This document shows positions 23,825 through 35,869 of a DNA stretch of 64,000 bases, in pieces. This DNA is from Ginglymostoma cirratum (lineage: Eukaryota). The position numbers and the translations under genes were made by a program. Every line of letters begins with the position of its first letter. Position 1 is the stretch's first letter. Where the stretch lies: contig JAHRHZ010000058.1 of the NCBI GenBank assembly GCA_024137785.1, forward strand, positions 11,838,427 to 11,902,426, in the 5' to 3' direction. The notes under the pieces are model-generated. The model ran no database searches. It was not told where the DNA came from and saw only the letters and a program-made list of their open reading frames with translations.

Positions 23825-26548
23825 AAAAAAAAAATGCCAGTTTTTGGGGGAAAAAAAAAAAATCAGTGTCTGAACATTCTAGACTACAGATTTAGTTGCA
23901 GGAGACTCCACTCAAGAATTGCCTTGATCGGAGTAGATCAAGTTTGTTGTGGATTTGACCATTGCTCTTATTATCCAGTCTTATTGTAATCTTGTTTCTT
24001 GAAATCTTGAATGGTTCAAATTAATTAGTCCATTTTATCCTACATCTTATGTAATTCAGTTGATGGATTTTGTCTACAGGACAAAATTTTCACTATGAAG
24101 TCACCTTTCAAGATGTTAGCTTTCTTGTAACTATCGATGTGCATGGGTACTTTGAGTAATCCCACGCCATTTCAATTGATTATAATCAATGTTTGAACAA
24201 ACTGCAAATGTCAGCACTGCTAAAACAAAAAATGGACATAGTCACTGAACTAACATCTGCTGTTGTGTGTTTTACTGCACTTAACACCAGCATCACACTA
24301 CTTTCCATGCAGACTGGATTGGAAAATAAGCCATGTCTCAAAAACCAAATTTTTTGTGACTGTACATGACTCCGAAGATGAACTGATTGCCTTTCCCAAT
24401 GAACAATAAAGATGATGAAATGCAGTCGAAAACTCAAGTGCAGAAACAATCAATTCAGCTGTGACAGTTGGTATCACATTCACTGCAACTGAGAAGATTA
24501 GGGGCTGATGTAATCAGAGTGCTCAATACATCGAGTAGTGAAGGTTACTTCCGGGAGTTGGTGATTCAGCTTCAAAATTACTACTAGGCATTGGGAACAA
24601 TAACAGGAAGGATGAAATGATTTTGTTCACGTAAAAGATTTATTAGGATATAAAATGCCCCCTTCACAAGCCGTCATTGATACCATGGCAATCACAACAT
24701 CTTAGGCAGGAATCTGGTAAACGCTCGAGGAGGAATCTAATTTATTTCTGGGGAACAAGAAGAAAAATGAAATTAGGGTAATTAGCTCCTCTATGGAACT
24801 ATACTAACACCTTGAGCTGAAAGAGAACCATCTGTTCTTTAATTACAAATTTCTTTTGTAAAAGTATTGGTGAAATTGCAGGATCTTACATTAGCGAACA
24901 AGCATATTTCAGACTCCTTTGTCCAATATTTCAATTAAGATCGCTGTTAAATTAGGGAATGCATGACTCTCTGGGTTGACTTTTTAAAAGACAGTTTTTT
25001 TTTGTTTATAAGGACAGTTCCACTTGGGTCAATTTATTTTATGTTCCTCTAAAGTGTTTACCATTGAGAGACATAAAACATTGTTTCAGAAAACTTGGAA
25101 GGTGGAGTGAATCCACTTGGGCACTTTGCCGACAGGACTTGGATTCAAATTTATTCAAATTGAAGGACCAGAAGTCTACTCCCTTAGGCTCCTGTAAGAA
25201 ACAAGTATGGAGCACACTCCGTGAGCATAAGCCCATAACACAAAAACTGCTAATTCAGAACTAAGAGAGAGAATTGTCATTGAAATAGACTCGAAGGATG
25301 GTTGGAAATAGGACACAAAATGAGATATTTCTGCAGCAGGTATATACAGGGAACTGGCGCTGAGGGATTCTCTTGGTGCAGAGTAAAGTTTTATTAGCTG
25401 GAATGGAACTGGCTTGTCATTGATAATGGGTGCCTGAACCAGGATTCCCAGCTACAGGAGAGGGGCAGGGGGTGGAATTAAGTGAAACATTTGTTTCTAC
25501 AACTGTTTCCTATTCAGAAAGGCCGTAGAGCTTATTCAACAGTGCAGATAAGGTTACTGTACATACTGAGCAAGGCAGCAAATTTACCTGACATACTTTC
25601 ATAAAAATGACTAAAGAGTGGAATATAAAAGTATTTCTATGCAAATTGGTGTAGCTCAGAGAGATAATTGTCCTTTGTAATAGTCATTTGTACTATTGGA
25701 TGGGTAGCATGGAGTAAACAGACCATGGAAAGCAGTGAAGAATGACTTGTATTCCATTGTGTTGCTAACCACAACTCACCAGTAAAATATGCATTTTATT
25801 TCATAGCGAACTGATTGCCTTCAACTACCCAACTTCAGACATGAATCTGACAGCTTTCTGGAACTGTTCTTCTCTTGCCTTCCCTTTTATTTGAGCCTAT
25901 CACTCTGGAAAATATCATAAGAGTGAGCAGATCCTTTCAGAGTCCTGGCTAAATGGAATATTTAATAAGGGCCATATTTCAAGTTGGAGATCCAGTCCAA
26001 AGTTTGAACAGACACCAAAAAAGAATTATAAAGGTCAGAAAGGCCCCAGTGTAGCAGCCTAGCCTGAAAGTTGGCAAAACTCCTTACGCATGCATGTGGT
26101 TGGATTACTGCCATAAGCAGAAACCAAGCACCACACACATGAATCAGAAGCCTAACTACTGTGTTACTGGCACTTTGTAAAGGGATTGTCTCACTTTGTT
26201 GGGAGAATTGTTGTGTAGGCTCAACCTGAAACATTTAAAAATGGCTCATTCTCAAAATTACCTTCAAGCTGCTACAGTTGATCCTTTTGAAAACTAAATT
26301 ATTGACATATGCAAAGCACATCTTGAGGACAAGTATCGCTATTTGTTTAAGCACGTTGCCACAGATAAACATCTGCATGACTGCTGTGATATGTCTTCTA
26401 TTCAGTTAGATTGTCTTTTAGCTTGTTCAACCAATTATTTTAATAAATAATGGTTGGACATTCCCCCTACACGTTCGTACTTCAGTCCAACAAATTGACA
26501 TCACTATCCACGTTCACATTAGCCTCCACCGTATTTTCAGAGACTTTC

Positions 26549-26845
26549 TAGAATCCCTACAGTGTGGGAACAGTCCCTTCGGCCCAACAAGTTCACACCA
26601 ACCCTCAGAGCATCCCACCCAGACCCATCCCCCTATAACCCACCTAATCTACACATCCCTCAACACTCTGGGCAATTTATCATGGCCAATCCACCTAACC
26701 TGTACATCTTTGGACTGTGGGAGGAAACTGGAGCACCCAGCAGAAACCCACACAGACACAGGGAGAATGTGCAAATTCAACACAGACAGTTGCCCGAGGG
26801 TGGAATTGAACCCAGGCCTCTGGCACAGAGCCACCGTGCCACCCC
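26549..26845 (-). mobile_element. HE1-type V-SINE
   Basis: Reverse complement of the 23509-23824 family, with a short deletion in the head. Confidence 0.92.
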
Positions 26846-26884
26846 TTATTTATTCCCAAATATTAAATTTTTCCAATTTAAGAT

Positions 26885-26988
26885 CAAAAACAAAGTTGCT
26901 GGGAAAGCCCAGCAGGTCTGGCAGCATCTGTGAAGGAAAATCTGTGTCGGTTTTTGTTCCCGTTTTATAGCATCCGCAGTCCTTTCGG
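26885..26988. mobile_element. Short deletion derivative of the same Penelope-type element as 13072-13314
   Basis: Starts caaaaacaaagttgctgggaaagcccagcaggtctggcagcatc, like the 13072 left arm, and ends ...agcatccgcagtcctttcgg, like its right end. Exact 15-bp TSD tttccaatttaagat at 26870-26884 and 26989-27003. Confidence 0.85.
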
Positions 26989-27818
26989 TTTCCAATTTAA
27001 GATGATTTCTTTTCTGTGCACATAGACACACCATCCCAATCATTTGTAATGCTTGCTCCCACATCATAAACAGTCACAATTTAAGGCTATGCCTGTCATA
27101 GCACTTGGCGCAGTTTGATTTTTTTCCCCCAACTTCTTTGTGATCTTCATTTGGATTAGTTTGATATCTTGCTTGAGTTTGTTCTTGTTCAGTACAGTAA
27201 ACTTCCACAAACATTACCTTTATTTTCTTTTTAAGTTGGACAGACTATGGCTTGACCTTTTGTGCACCTCATTTCAGCCCTCTTCCAATTTTCCTCAGGT
27301 ACTTTAAGAAATGGGAGAGGGCCTGGGATGAGTTCTGTCAGGAGAATACAGGCATGGCTGAAGAACAAGGAGTCGTGTATTTTGCATGTAGGTGTTAGGA
27401 AAGCCACTTGTAATATCGATACAAATCAACTTCTAGGGATCTGATGACATTCTACAGGGAGGGAACATTTGTAGATCGTTAACCAATTTGATCCTATTTC
27501 CTCAAAAACTGATAGAAAAGCAATCCCAGAGACATGAGCAATGGCCTGAATAAAAAGAGGGGCAACTCGGGTGGAATTGCTCATTACATGAGACATTATG
27601 AAGTAAGTTCCCACACAAAATTGTTGTAACTGGATACAAGAGGTGACTAGATCCATATTTCTGGAACAGAAAAGGCATAGGAGGGTTTGATGCCAGAGCA
27701 GGTACATGAAGGGTTATAATTTTATTGAAAAAAAAACTGTTTCTTGGCTTATAGATAGCTTTTCCTGCTCCAGAGAGTTTCCGGAAGCTTGCGTCAGGAC
27801 AGAAGTGCTCTGATTCAC

Positions 27819-28034
27819 CAGGCCTTTTCATAGTAAGGCAATGTAGATCAGTTATACCATTTCTTTGGGAATTCCATAGATCTACTGTCCAAGTTCTCGT
27901 GGAAATGTCAAAGATCTCCTGCAGTAATTCATTGCCTAATGAAATGTGTTCCATTCCAGTTTTTTTTTGGTGGAAGAACGTTTCATTGTAAAATTTCTGA
28001 ATTTTACCGAGCAATGACTAAGACCATTACCTTT
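27819..28034 (-). CDS. Candidate exon with ATG (27954) encoding a 45-aa alternative N-terminus MEHISLGNELLQEIFDISTRTWTVDLWNSQRNGITDLHCLTMKRP, phase 1
   Basis: Strong acceptor ctttcctccttgcattgttgtctctttacttgtag|; donor CTG|GTGAAT; lies in the longest non-TE ORF (27502-28014). No recognisable homology. Confidence 0.35.
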
Positions 28035-28645
28035 CTACAAGTAAAGAGACAACAATGCAAGGAGGAAAGTCTTTCTCAAATATGTGTTAACTGATGTGAA
28101 AATGCAACATTGATATTATTTATGACCAGACCCCAGATAATGGTCCCCATATTGTTACAGTTCCTGGACAGTGATGAGGGCGAATTATTTTCCCTTCTAT
28201 ATTTATTTACACTCTTAACTGGTCACAAAAGGATTAACTTAAGAAAAGGTTTCCTTCTGGTTACTTTTCCACCAGGTCAAGTTAATTACTATTTCAAAAG
28301 GAACCAATTTAACCAGGCTTTCTCAGAGTTAATGGAGTGAGTTTATTCATTGGTAAGAAGAACCAAAAACATACATTACAGAAGAGTTTAAAAGAAAGTT
28401 AAAAGAAGTACAGTTCAATCTCTCGATTGTATGTCAAGAGCAGAGAGCAGAATGTTGACAGTCAAGCAGTGGATTCTAAGATCTTTGGATTTGCAGGTTC
28501 CCTGCAATTCTTTTAGCATGTTTCCTTTGACTGGCAGAATACAGACCAAGACGCTGCTTGACCTGCGACACAGGGTGACTAATGGGCAATTCTTAGACTG
28601 TGATCTTCATAGCATGCCAGCACTAGAATCCAGGTTAGTACATAC

Positions 28646-28715
28646 CAGTGCCTCAGCACACTCGCACACCTTCTTCCACTAGCTCACGCAGACCAGTGTT
28701 GGGCTGGTTTTTATG
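28646..28715 (-). promoter_or_regulatory. Candidate TATA promoter and ~40-nt non-coding first exon
   Basis: Minus strand: gCATAAAAAcc (28708-28715), about 25-30 nt to ...GAGCTAGTGGAAGAAGGTGTGCGAGTGTGCTGAGGCACTG|GTATGT (donor at plus 28640-28645). Confidence 0.4.
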
Positions 28716-31023
28716 CTCTGTTCTTGTATGTCTCTCACTCACACTGTTGTCCTTTGTTCCTCTTTCTTGCACAGTCTTAGAATAACTCTTTGGAAATTAC
28801 ACAGTTCAGTTTGTAGTGCATTTGTCCTCTCATAAGTCCATCTCTTTGAAGCTTCCTTGACACCTTGTTAAATGTGATATTCCATGGGTCCAAAAAAAGG
28901 ACTCTGCAAACAACTGCAGAATTTACATCCTCAGTCATTTGTGCAGCTGTAAGACTCTGGCTCCTTTTTAAAAAAAAAAAAAGTTTAATATGTCCATAGA
29001 TGTTCCAGGGCTATGATCTGTCCTTAGGACACCTTCCAGTGACAGATTTTTTTTTAAAAATGGGCTTAAAAAGCAATATTCAACCCTAGTCTGTGTGTTA
29101 GTCATCTGAAAAACTAATGAATGTGGATTGGCATGCTGTGAAGGTCACAGCTTGGAGAACAGACATAAATACCCCAGCACTGCAGGTAAAGAAGGAGCAA
29201 AATTGCTCTATCAAAGTGGCCAGTGCTCACTGCTGAAAGAAACTAGGACAAAAAGAACTTTAACCAACCTGTAAAGTCAAGAATCCAAATGCAAGCTGTT
29301 TACCTGCCATTGTTAATACTACCAAAAATATCAAGTGCAACATACACAATGTTTCGCTATCAATGACTCAGACACTGGCCAGAGATTTTGTTTCAACTTT
29401 CTTTGGATTCAGTTCTCACTCCTAATCACTGTGTATTATGATGTCTTTTTATGGTGATTAAATAATAAACTCACTCTCTGTAACCTGTCATTTGTTAACT
29501 TTTTTCATAAGAATAAATAATATCCAAATGACAAGATTTTCCTCCATGCTCTCTATAAATATCACTCAGTCACAGAGACAAACAAGCAAACAAAACAACC
29601 ACGCTCCCTCTTTCATTCTGGATGGGCTACAGCACTGAAATATTGCACTGCACAACTGTCCTGCCAAAGATCAGGGCTTCAATCATACCATATCCAGATC
29701 ATAGGAGAAGTGTGTAAAGAAAGCATGTGTACACAATAACGAAAACTTTGGAAACCTGACTTTAATGGGATATACAGGACAAACAAAAATGGAGGCACAC
29801 GTAGACAAGTGGGGAGTTTTTTGTGCAGTGGAGGTATGGTGTTAAAATGCATGATTTGCATTTATTTAAAAATGTCCTGAAGCAATTTATTCAGGGTGCA
29901 ATCAAAAAACTCAGGATTATTAGTTTAAAAAGCAAGGTTAATAATAATTTTAAGAATAATTCCAGCTTAATACAAATTTATTTCACAACATTTAGTTATG
30001 TATAGACCCCCATCCAACACCTTTGAGATTTCTGTCCATCTCCCACCAAAGTTACAAGTACGTATCAAAGAACATGCATAGACCCTTGCAATGATCCAGC
30101 AAATAAAATTATAGGACTGGTCAGACTTTGAAGGTGCTCTATACTAACTGTTGGTGCCACTCGATGACTGTCCCATCGACAATGCTTAGACTGGAATGGG
30201 TGGATTTTGTCTGGCTTATCCGTCTTCTCAGAAGGGAAAAGCTGTTCACAACTGTGCTTCACTACTGGGAACAGGCAGGAATATCACTGTTGGTGCTTAG
30301 TGTTGTATTCCCAAGGATTGCCTGACTGCTAACAGATGCAGTGAGGTAGCCCCATATGACTGCTTTGAAAATGGATGATTGTATTAATTACTCTGAGGGA
30401 AATGGCCAGTGAGCTCAAATTACACATGGATTAAGCACCTAACATGACTTTTTTGGTTGCTGCATGTTGCAACATAACTGAATATTCAGTTCCATACAAG
30501 TCAATGAAACAGAATGCCTGGCACGGTTGATAGCAGGCAGTTCAATGCTATGCTGCTACTTGTGTTCTGGGACATATTTAATATTATCTCCTAGTTTTTG
30601 GGGAAAATGTTATTCTTAGATGTGCTGTCAAATAAAGCCACTTATGATTTGCTAGGGTTTGTCAGCATTTCATTGATTTTTGTTTTAAACTTGGAGTACT
30701 TGATGACGAAGATGGAACTTGCTAATCAAGATATGTAACTGAGTCAGGACTTACTGAAAACATGCAAACAAACTTGTTTGGAATGGTGAACTTAGAAGGC
30801 AATGCAGAAATGGGCAGAAACTAATTGGAAGCTCATTTTATTCACCACTGTTTTGCCATTTCCATTGAGCTAAGTGTGTTTAATTTTGTAATCAATGTTT
30901 AATTAATAATGTAATCTATAAAACAAAAGAGCCAACTGTATTACCTGCATCATTTAAGACCAAATTGTCCCAGTGTGTATTTTGCCATGAGAATTAAAAA
31001 GGTCTTTCGTGCTATTGTCTTAC

Positions 31024-31129
31024 CTTTCATTTCCAAATTGTGACCATTCATGTACAAAAAGGTATGCAAGTTCCATCAAATATCAGCCAGTGCCAGAATC
31101 AATCAACTTTAGAAAGGCCAACAATGAAC
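31024..31129 (-). other. Candidate 106-nt exon
   Basis: Acceptor tgcttcctgtttcaaag|G and strong donor AAG|GTAAGA. An internal ATG gives MNGHNLEMK + G (phase 1). Confidence 0.3.
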
Positions 31130-32973
31130 CTTTGAAACAGGAAGCATAATTACTGTGGTTTCCCCATTTGTTTGATTTCCTCTGGTATCTTTATTCTCCT
31201 AGCCAGTGCACGTTTTATACACTCTGCTAGGAGAGCTCGAGACATACGTTTCTGTAAAACTAGCTGAGTTTCAGGCATTATCTTGCATTTGTAAGCATTT
31301 TTTTTAAATTTTGAAATTGCAGGTGGTCACATCACATTTCTTCAAGGGAAATACAAAGTTTAAAAAAAAAAAAAAAAACGTGAAACTGACATTCAGTTAT
31401 TTCAACATTCCAGGTAAGATGAGACTGGAACATTGTGCTCTGGACGCTTGAAATTTTAGACCATTTGGAGAAAGAATGAAATGTTTTGGGTGGCTACTGA
31501 ATTTATAGCTAATATTAACATCCAGAAAACATACGGTATATACATTACTTCAAGAAACAAATGTCTCCTAGAACGAATACTGTTATTGTCGGAGACTCCT
31601 GGCCATGTTACACATGAATGAAACAGGGCAGACATGTTTAGACTTTCATCGGTTTGGAATGAAATGATTCAGACATAGTCATTGTAATTTGTCAGAACGC
31701 AGCCTTTTTCTTACAATGAGTTCTGACAGCAGGGAAGGTACCGAATTCTGCAGGCCGTTGGCTGATGGCAGCGTTTGATAACTGGTTCCCAATTGTGAAG
31801 ACAGAATTTTAAGCATTTTGATTTCTCTTCATAGTTCAAAGAAAACAAGGTTTTGGGCAATTTTTTTTTAAAGAAAGAAATATCATTCATGCAGCATAGA
31901 GATAACTAGATGCTTGTCATTGCAGTATCAAAAATAAAAAAGTAAATTTCAAGCCTGAAGGCCAATCGTTTTGTTGCTACTTGTTTTCAGGCCTCATCAC
32001 ATGTCCTGCAACATGCAGAGCAATTTTCTGTATAAAATATTGCTAATTAACACAGTTTTGCTGCGTTTAACTATTATAAATCATCTTTTGATTTATGAGC
32101 TTACGGTGAGGAAGCCACGAAAAAATTCCATCACTGCCTTTCTTTTTACAAAGGACAAAACTCGAGCTTAGGCAGATGCTGTGCATGCAAGCTCAAATTG
32201 GTTCATTACTAAATTACTTAGCCTTCACATGGTAACCATGTTAAATCTCCAATCTGCTTGGGCTGAAAAAACTGTTGACGTACATTAAATTGTGTAGGGA
32301 ATTTGTTATGTGGACCATAAAGCAGCATTTTCTTTGTGGTGCCTTCAATTTGTATGGAGAAACAGTTGGTGTGTTCCTAAGCAGTGACCTTGGTGTTTTA
32401 TAAATGTTACAAAGAAGCAGAAAGGTAATTACATGACAAGTAGGTCAGGTCCTGCTGAAGCCTCATTGTTCTACTGTCTTAAGGCCAGAGTCTGGGCAAG
32501 GTTCACAAATTTATTACCACTCCATGTGGGTTATCCCAAAACTTAAATTTCCATGTATGGAAAAGTGAATTCCTTCCCCTTTATTCATCATTCCCTCAGC
32601 TGATTACACAAGGCTAACTTACAGAGGATACTGCACTCAGACATTTATAAATCTTGTATTTGAAAACATAATCCAGTAAACACAATAGCTTTTGCAGAAC
32701 AACTGACGTTGTTTCTGGTCTTTATAAGATGTCCCAGTCAGTCAGATTAATAAAAGCAAGTACTTAGAAGTGTACCTCAGTGGAGAATGGCAAAAATAGA
32801 TTTACTGGATTACCAATTTATTCTCTGGTTATTCAGAACAATGCTGCTTCAGATTGAGATGATAGTTGTCATCAAAATATTGTGTCCAATTCTGGATAAT
32901 GCACTTTAGGAACAATGCTAAGCTTATTCATGTTAACAATGAAAAAACTGGCTTAAGTTGCATATGCATTTTT

Positions 32974-33258
32974 ATAGAATCCCTACTGCGTGGAAACAGG
33001 CCCTTCAGCCCAACAAGTCCACACCATCCATCTTGGAGCATCCCACACAGACCCATTCCCCTATAACCCACCTAATCTACACATCCCTGAACACTATGGG
33101 CAATTTAGCACGGCCAATCCACCTAGCCTGCACACCTTTGGATTGTGGAAGGAAACCCACAGGGAGAATGTGCAAACTCCACACAGGTCGCCAGAGGGTG
33201 GAATCAAACCCGAATCCCTGGCATGGTAAGGCTGCAGTGCTAACCACTGAGCCGCCAT
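32974..33258 (-). mobile_element. HE1-type V-SINE
   Basis: agaatccctac...ggaaacaggcccttcagcccaacaagtccacacc...gcagtgctaaccactgagccgcc. Confidence 0.92.
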
Positions 33259-34799
33259 GGTCATTAAAAACTCAAAAGTGCACTGAGAGCGCTAAGACAG
33301 GCCTCCAGTCTGTCATGATAGTTTGGGAGGCCAGCAGGAGTGCATACGTTTGCGGTCTGTAGGTTCTCATGACAAGCTTTCAAATCACATGCAACTGGCA
33401 GACTGAATGCCTGCCCCACGTGTTGATAAAAGGTGTCAGTCCCCCTCCACTGAACCAGTGACACTCCATCTCTCAAACCTCCAATCCAGGAGTTATTTTG
33501 TTTTCCTCAGAAATGTGACCCATTTTTCAAATGCTCATGTCATTATCCTTGCTTGGAGCCTTTGAAGCTGAATGTTCCCTCTTACACAAGTATGCTCCCT
33601 ACAGTTGTAGCTGTTTCCTTCTGAATCAGGTAAATGGGAGCTCCCAACCTGCAGACAGCCTGCTCTTTGCTCTCTTTGATGTCAATGATTTGTAAGGGGA
33701 CAGACAGAGGAATACCCAGACACAGCCAAAAACTAGAATAAGGAAGTCCCTATCTTGATCTAGTCAGTCCAGAAAGTCTCCCACAGGAGTTACAATGCTG
33801 TTTGTAGTTGAAGTGAAATGGAAAGCAAGAAGTTAAGAATAATTTAATCTATAGTTTGTCATTACGTCAACATCATCCAATTTATACAAAAATGTGACAC
33901 ACACTAATAGACAGCCACAGAGGACATGTTCCATAAATTCCCTAAAATACGTAGGATAGGTAAAAGAGGTGTTAAAATGTAGTCTACCAGAGATGGATAA
34001 CCTGAAATATCCTGGAGGATTCATCACGTAATAACACAATTCAATTAAATCTATTGAACTAGTTATGAGCCAACACTAGAAGCAAAACAAGTTACCACCC
34101 TAAATTTGCTGAGAATCAAGCTCATTTAACAAAGAAATAACAGTGCAGGGAAAAGTTTGTTCTACTAAATTAGCTCCAAGTACAAAGATGTCCTAAATTG
34201 TTGATTCAGTCCTCGAAGCAAAATGGCAACCAAAGAGGTTCCAAATGGACAAGTCTACATAGCAACATGATTAAAGGGAGACTCAACATTCACCAGGAAA
34301 ATTCTAGCAAGCATTATGAGGAGTTTTGATTTCTCTCAAGTGCTTTCACTCTCGAAAGTAGTTGTGGCTTTGAAGGAAATCACTATTTGGTACAGGGTCT
34401 TGGAGGGAAATAAGTTTAATGAGTTCAATGCAAAAAAAAAAAAAAAAAAAAAAAAATGAAATTTTGAATTCAGATGTGACCAGCAACACACACTGCAGAA
34501 AGACAACACCAAAGCTTAAATTCTCCTGCGGCATAGGGGAGAATTAAAAATGGATGAAGATCGCTGCTTGGACAGTTGAAATGAAATATAACCATTGTTA
34601 GTGATTTAACGGTTTTACAGAGGCCACAGGACTGCAAGTTGCCATTCCTACAATGGAAATTATATTGTGCATGTGCGTCATCTCAAAACCCTGCTAGAGA
34701 CACAAAGTCTGTCAGAACAATTCCCAAACCCAGCTCTCAAAAATCTTTAAAGCTTTTAGATTTCAGTGACTGCAGATATTTAAAAAAAAAAAAACAACT

Positions 34800-34910
34800 T
34801 TAATTCTTGGGATATGGGGGTCCCTGGTTAGCTGCCTTCTTTAAAATCGTTGTAGTCCCTATAGTATAAGTTGACCCACAATGTTGTTAGTGAGGGAATT
34901 CCATAATTGC
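34800..34910 (-). mobile_element. Short old LINE 3'-end fragment (family of 2720-3592)
   Basis: gggatatggggg...gctgccttct...gttagtgagggaattcca matches the family tail in reverse. Confidence 0.45.
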
Positions 34911-35014
34911 TAAGTACTGTTTTGGGTTATAATTTAGCCTATCTGCCAATTTTACTCCTGACTTTGTTCGGTCTTTACTGTTTTTGTCATACCTTTTGAT
35001 AATTCACCATGTCA

Positions 35015-35316
35015 CAGCACAGTGGCTCAGTAGTTAGCATTTTACTGCCTCACAGCACCAGGGGCCCAGGTTCAATTCCAGCCTCAGGTGACTGTCTATG
35101 TGGAGTTTGCACACTCTCCTTGTGTTTGTGTGGGTTTCTTCCCACAGTCCAAAGATGGGTAGGCTAGGTGGATAGGCTACGCTAAATTGCACCAGAGTGT
35201 TCAGGGATGTGTAGATTGAATGGATTATTAGGGGATGGGTCTGGGTGGGATGCTCTGATGGTCGGTGTGGACTTGTTGGGCTGAAGGGCCTGTTTCCACA
35301 CTGGAGGGATTCTATG
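35015..35316 (+). mobile_element. HE1-type V-SINE
   Basis: cagcacagtggctcagtagttagc...ggttcaattccagcc...cccacagtccaaagatg...gggcctgtttccacactggagggattctatg. Confidence 0.92.
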
Positions 35317-35727
35317 AAAAACCCTGAAATTCATTATTATGACCACAGATCATAAACCTAGATCACTAAAAAGGACATGCTAAACTTTAAATTCTGACAT
35401 GTTTTTTTAAAATAGAAAGGTGCTGACACAGATATAGCCAAAATGACTGTGAATGAACATCCAGGGGCTGTAAGGAGAGGAATACTGGAATGACATACTT
35501 ATGGGAGTTAGAAGTAGCTTTGAAAAGGAGAAATTGTATTAGAAATGGAAGTATAACCTCCTGGGAGTTCTCAAGGACTGCGAGAACGATGGAAAACAAA
35601 CAGCAATTGGAGTGAGAATGTTTTGAGAATACACAAGAACAGGACATAAAACCCATTTGAACAGTGGTGCGTGCATGCATGCTTGCTAGCGGGAGATGCT
35701 CATGAACTGAGGTTACTCATATGTGCT

Positions 35728-35869
35728 GAGATAAAAGGTACTGCAGATGCTGGAGAATCTGAGATAACAAGCATCAGAAAATTCTGATGAAGGGTTTAGG
35801 CCCGAAACGTCAAGTTTTCCTGCTCCTGTGATGCTGCTTGACCTGCTGTGTTCATCCAGCCCCACGCTT
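35728..35869 (+). mobile_element. Short Penelope-like terminal-repeat insertion carrying a hammerhead ribozyme
   Basis: 16-bp TSD gttactc(a/g)tatgtgct at 35712-35727 and 35870-35885 (one CpG-type mismatch). The body gatgctgcttgacctgctgtgttcatccagc is related to the 13-kb element's gatgctgccagacctgctgggcttttccagc. Confidence 0.8.
35779..35817 (+). ncRNA. Minimal type I hammerhead ribozyme with intact catalytic core
   Basis: aaatt-CTGATGA(35784-90)-A-GGGT-ttag-GCCC-GAAA(35804-07)-C-GTC(35809-11)-aagtt. All core nucleotides are present, with a GUC cleavage triplet and the palindromic ACGT stem III typical of PLE-associated minimal hammerheads. Confidence 0.8.

Noticed and set aside
26562-26970. 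Recurrent similar ORFs (WKQALQPNKSTPT...YNPPNLHIPEH) at several loci, suggesting a gene family
   Set aside because: They are translations of HE1 SINE copies.
34432-34456. Long poly(A) runs (also ~31363, 43315, 57406) as processed-pseudogene tails
   Set aside because: No upstream mRNA-like body or TSD; they are simple homopolymers.
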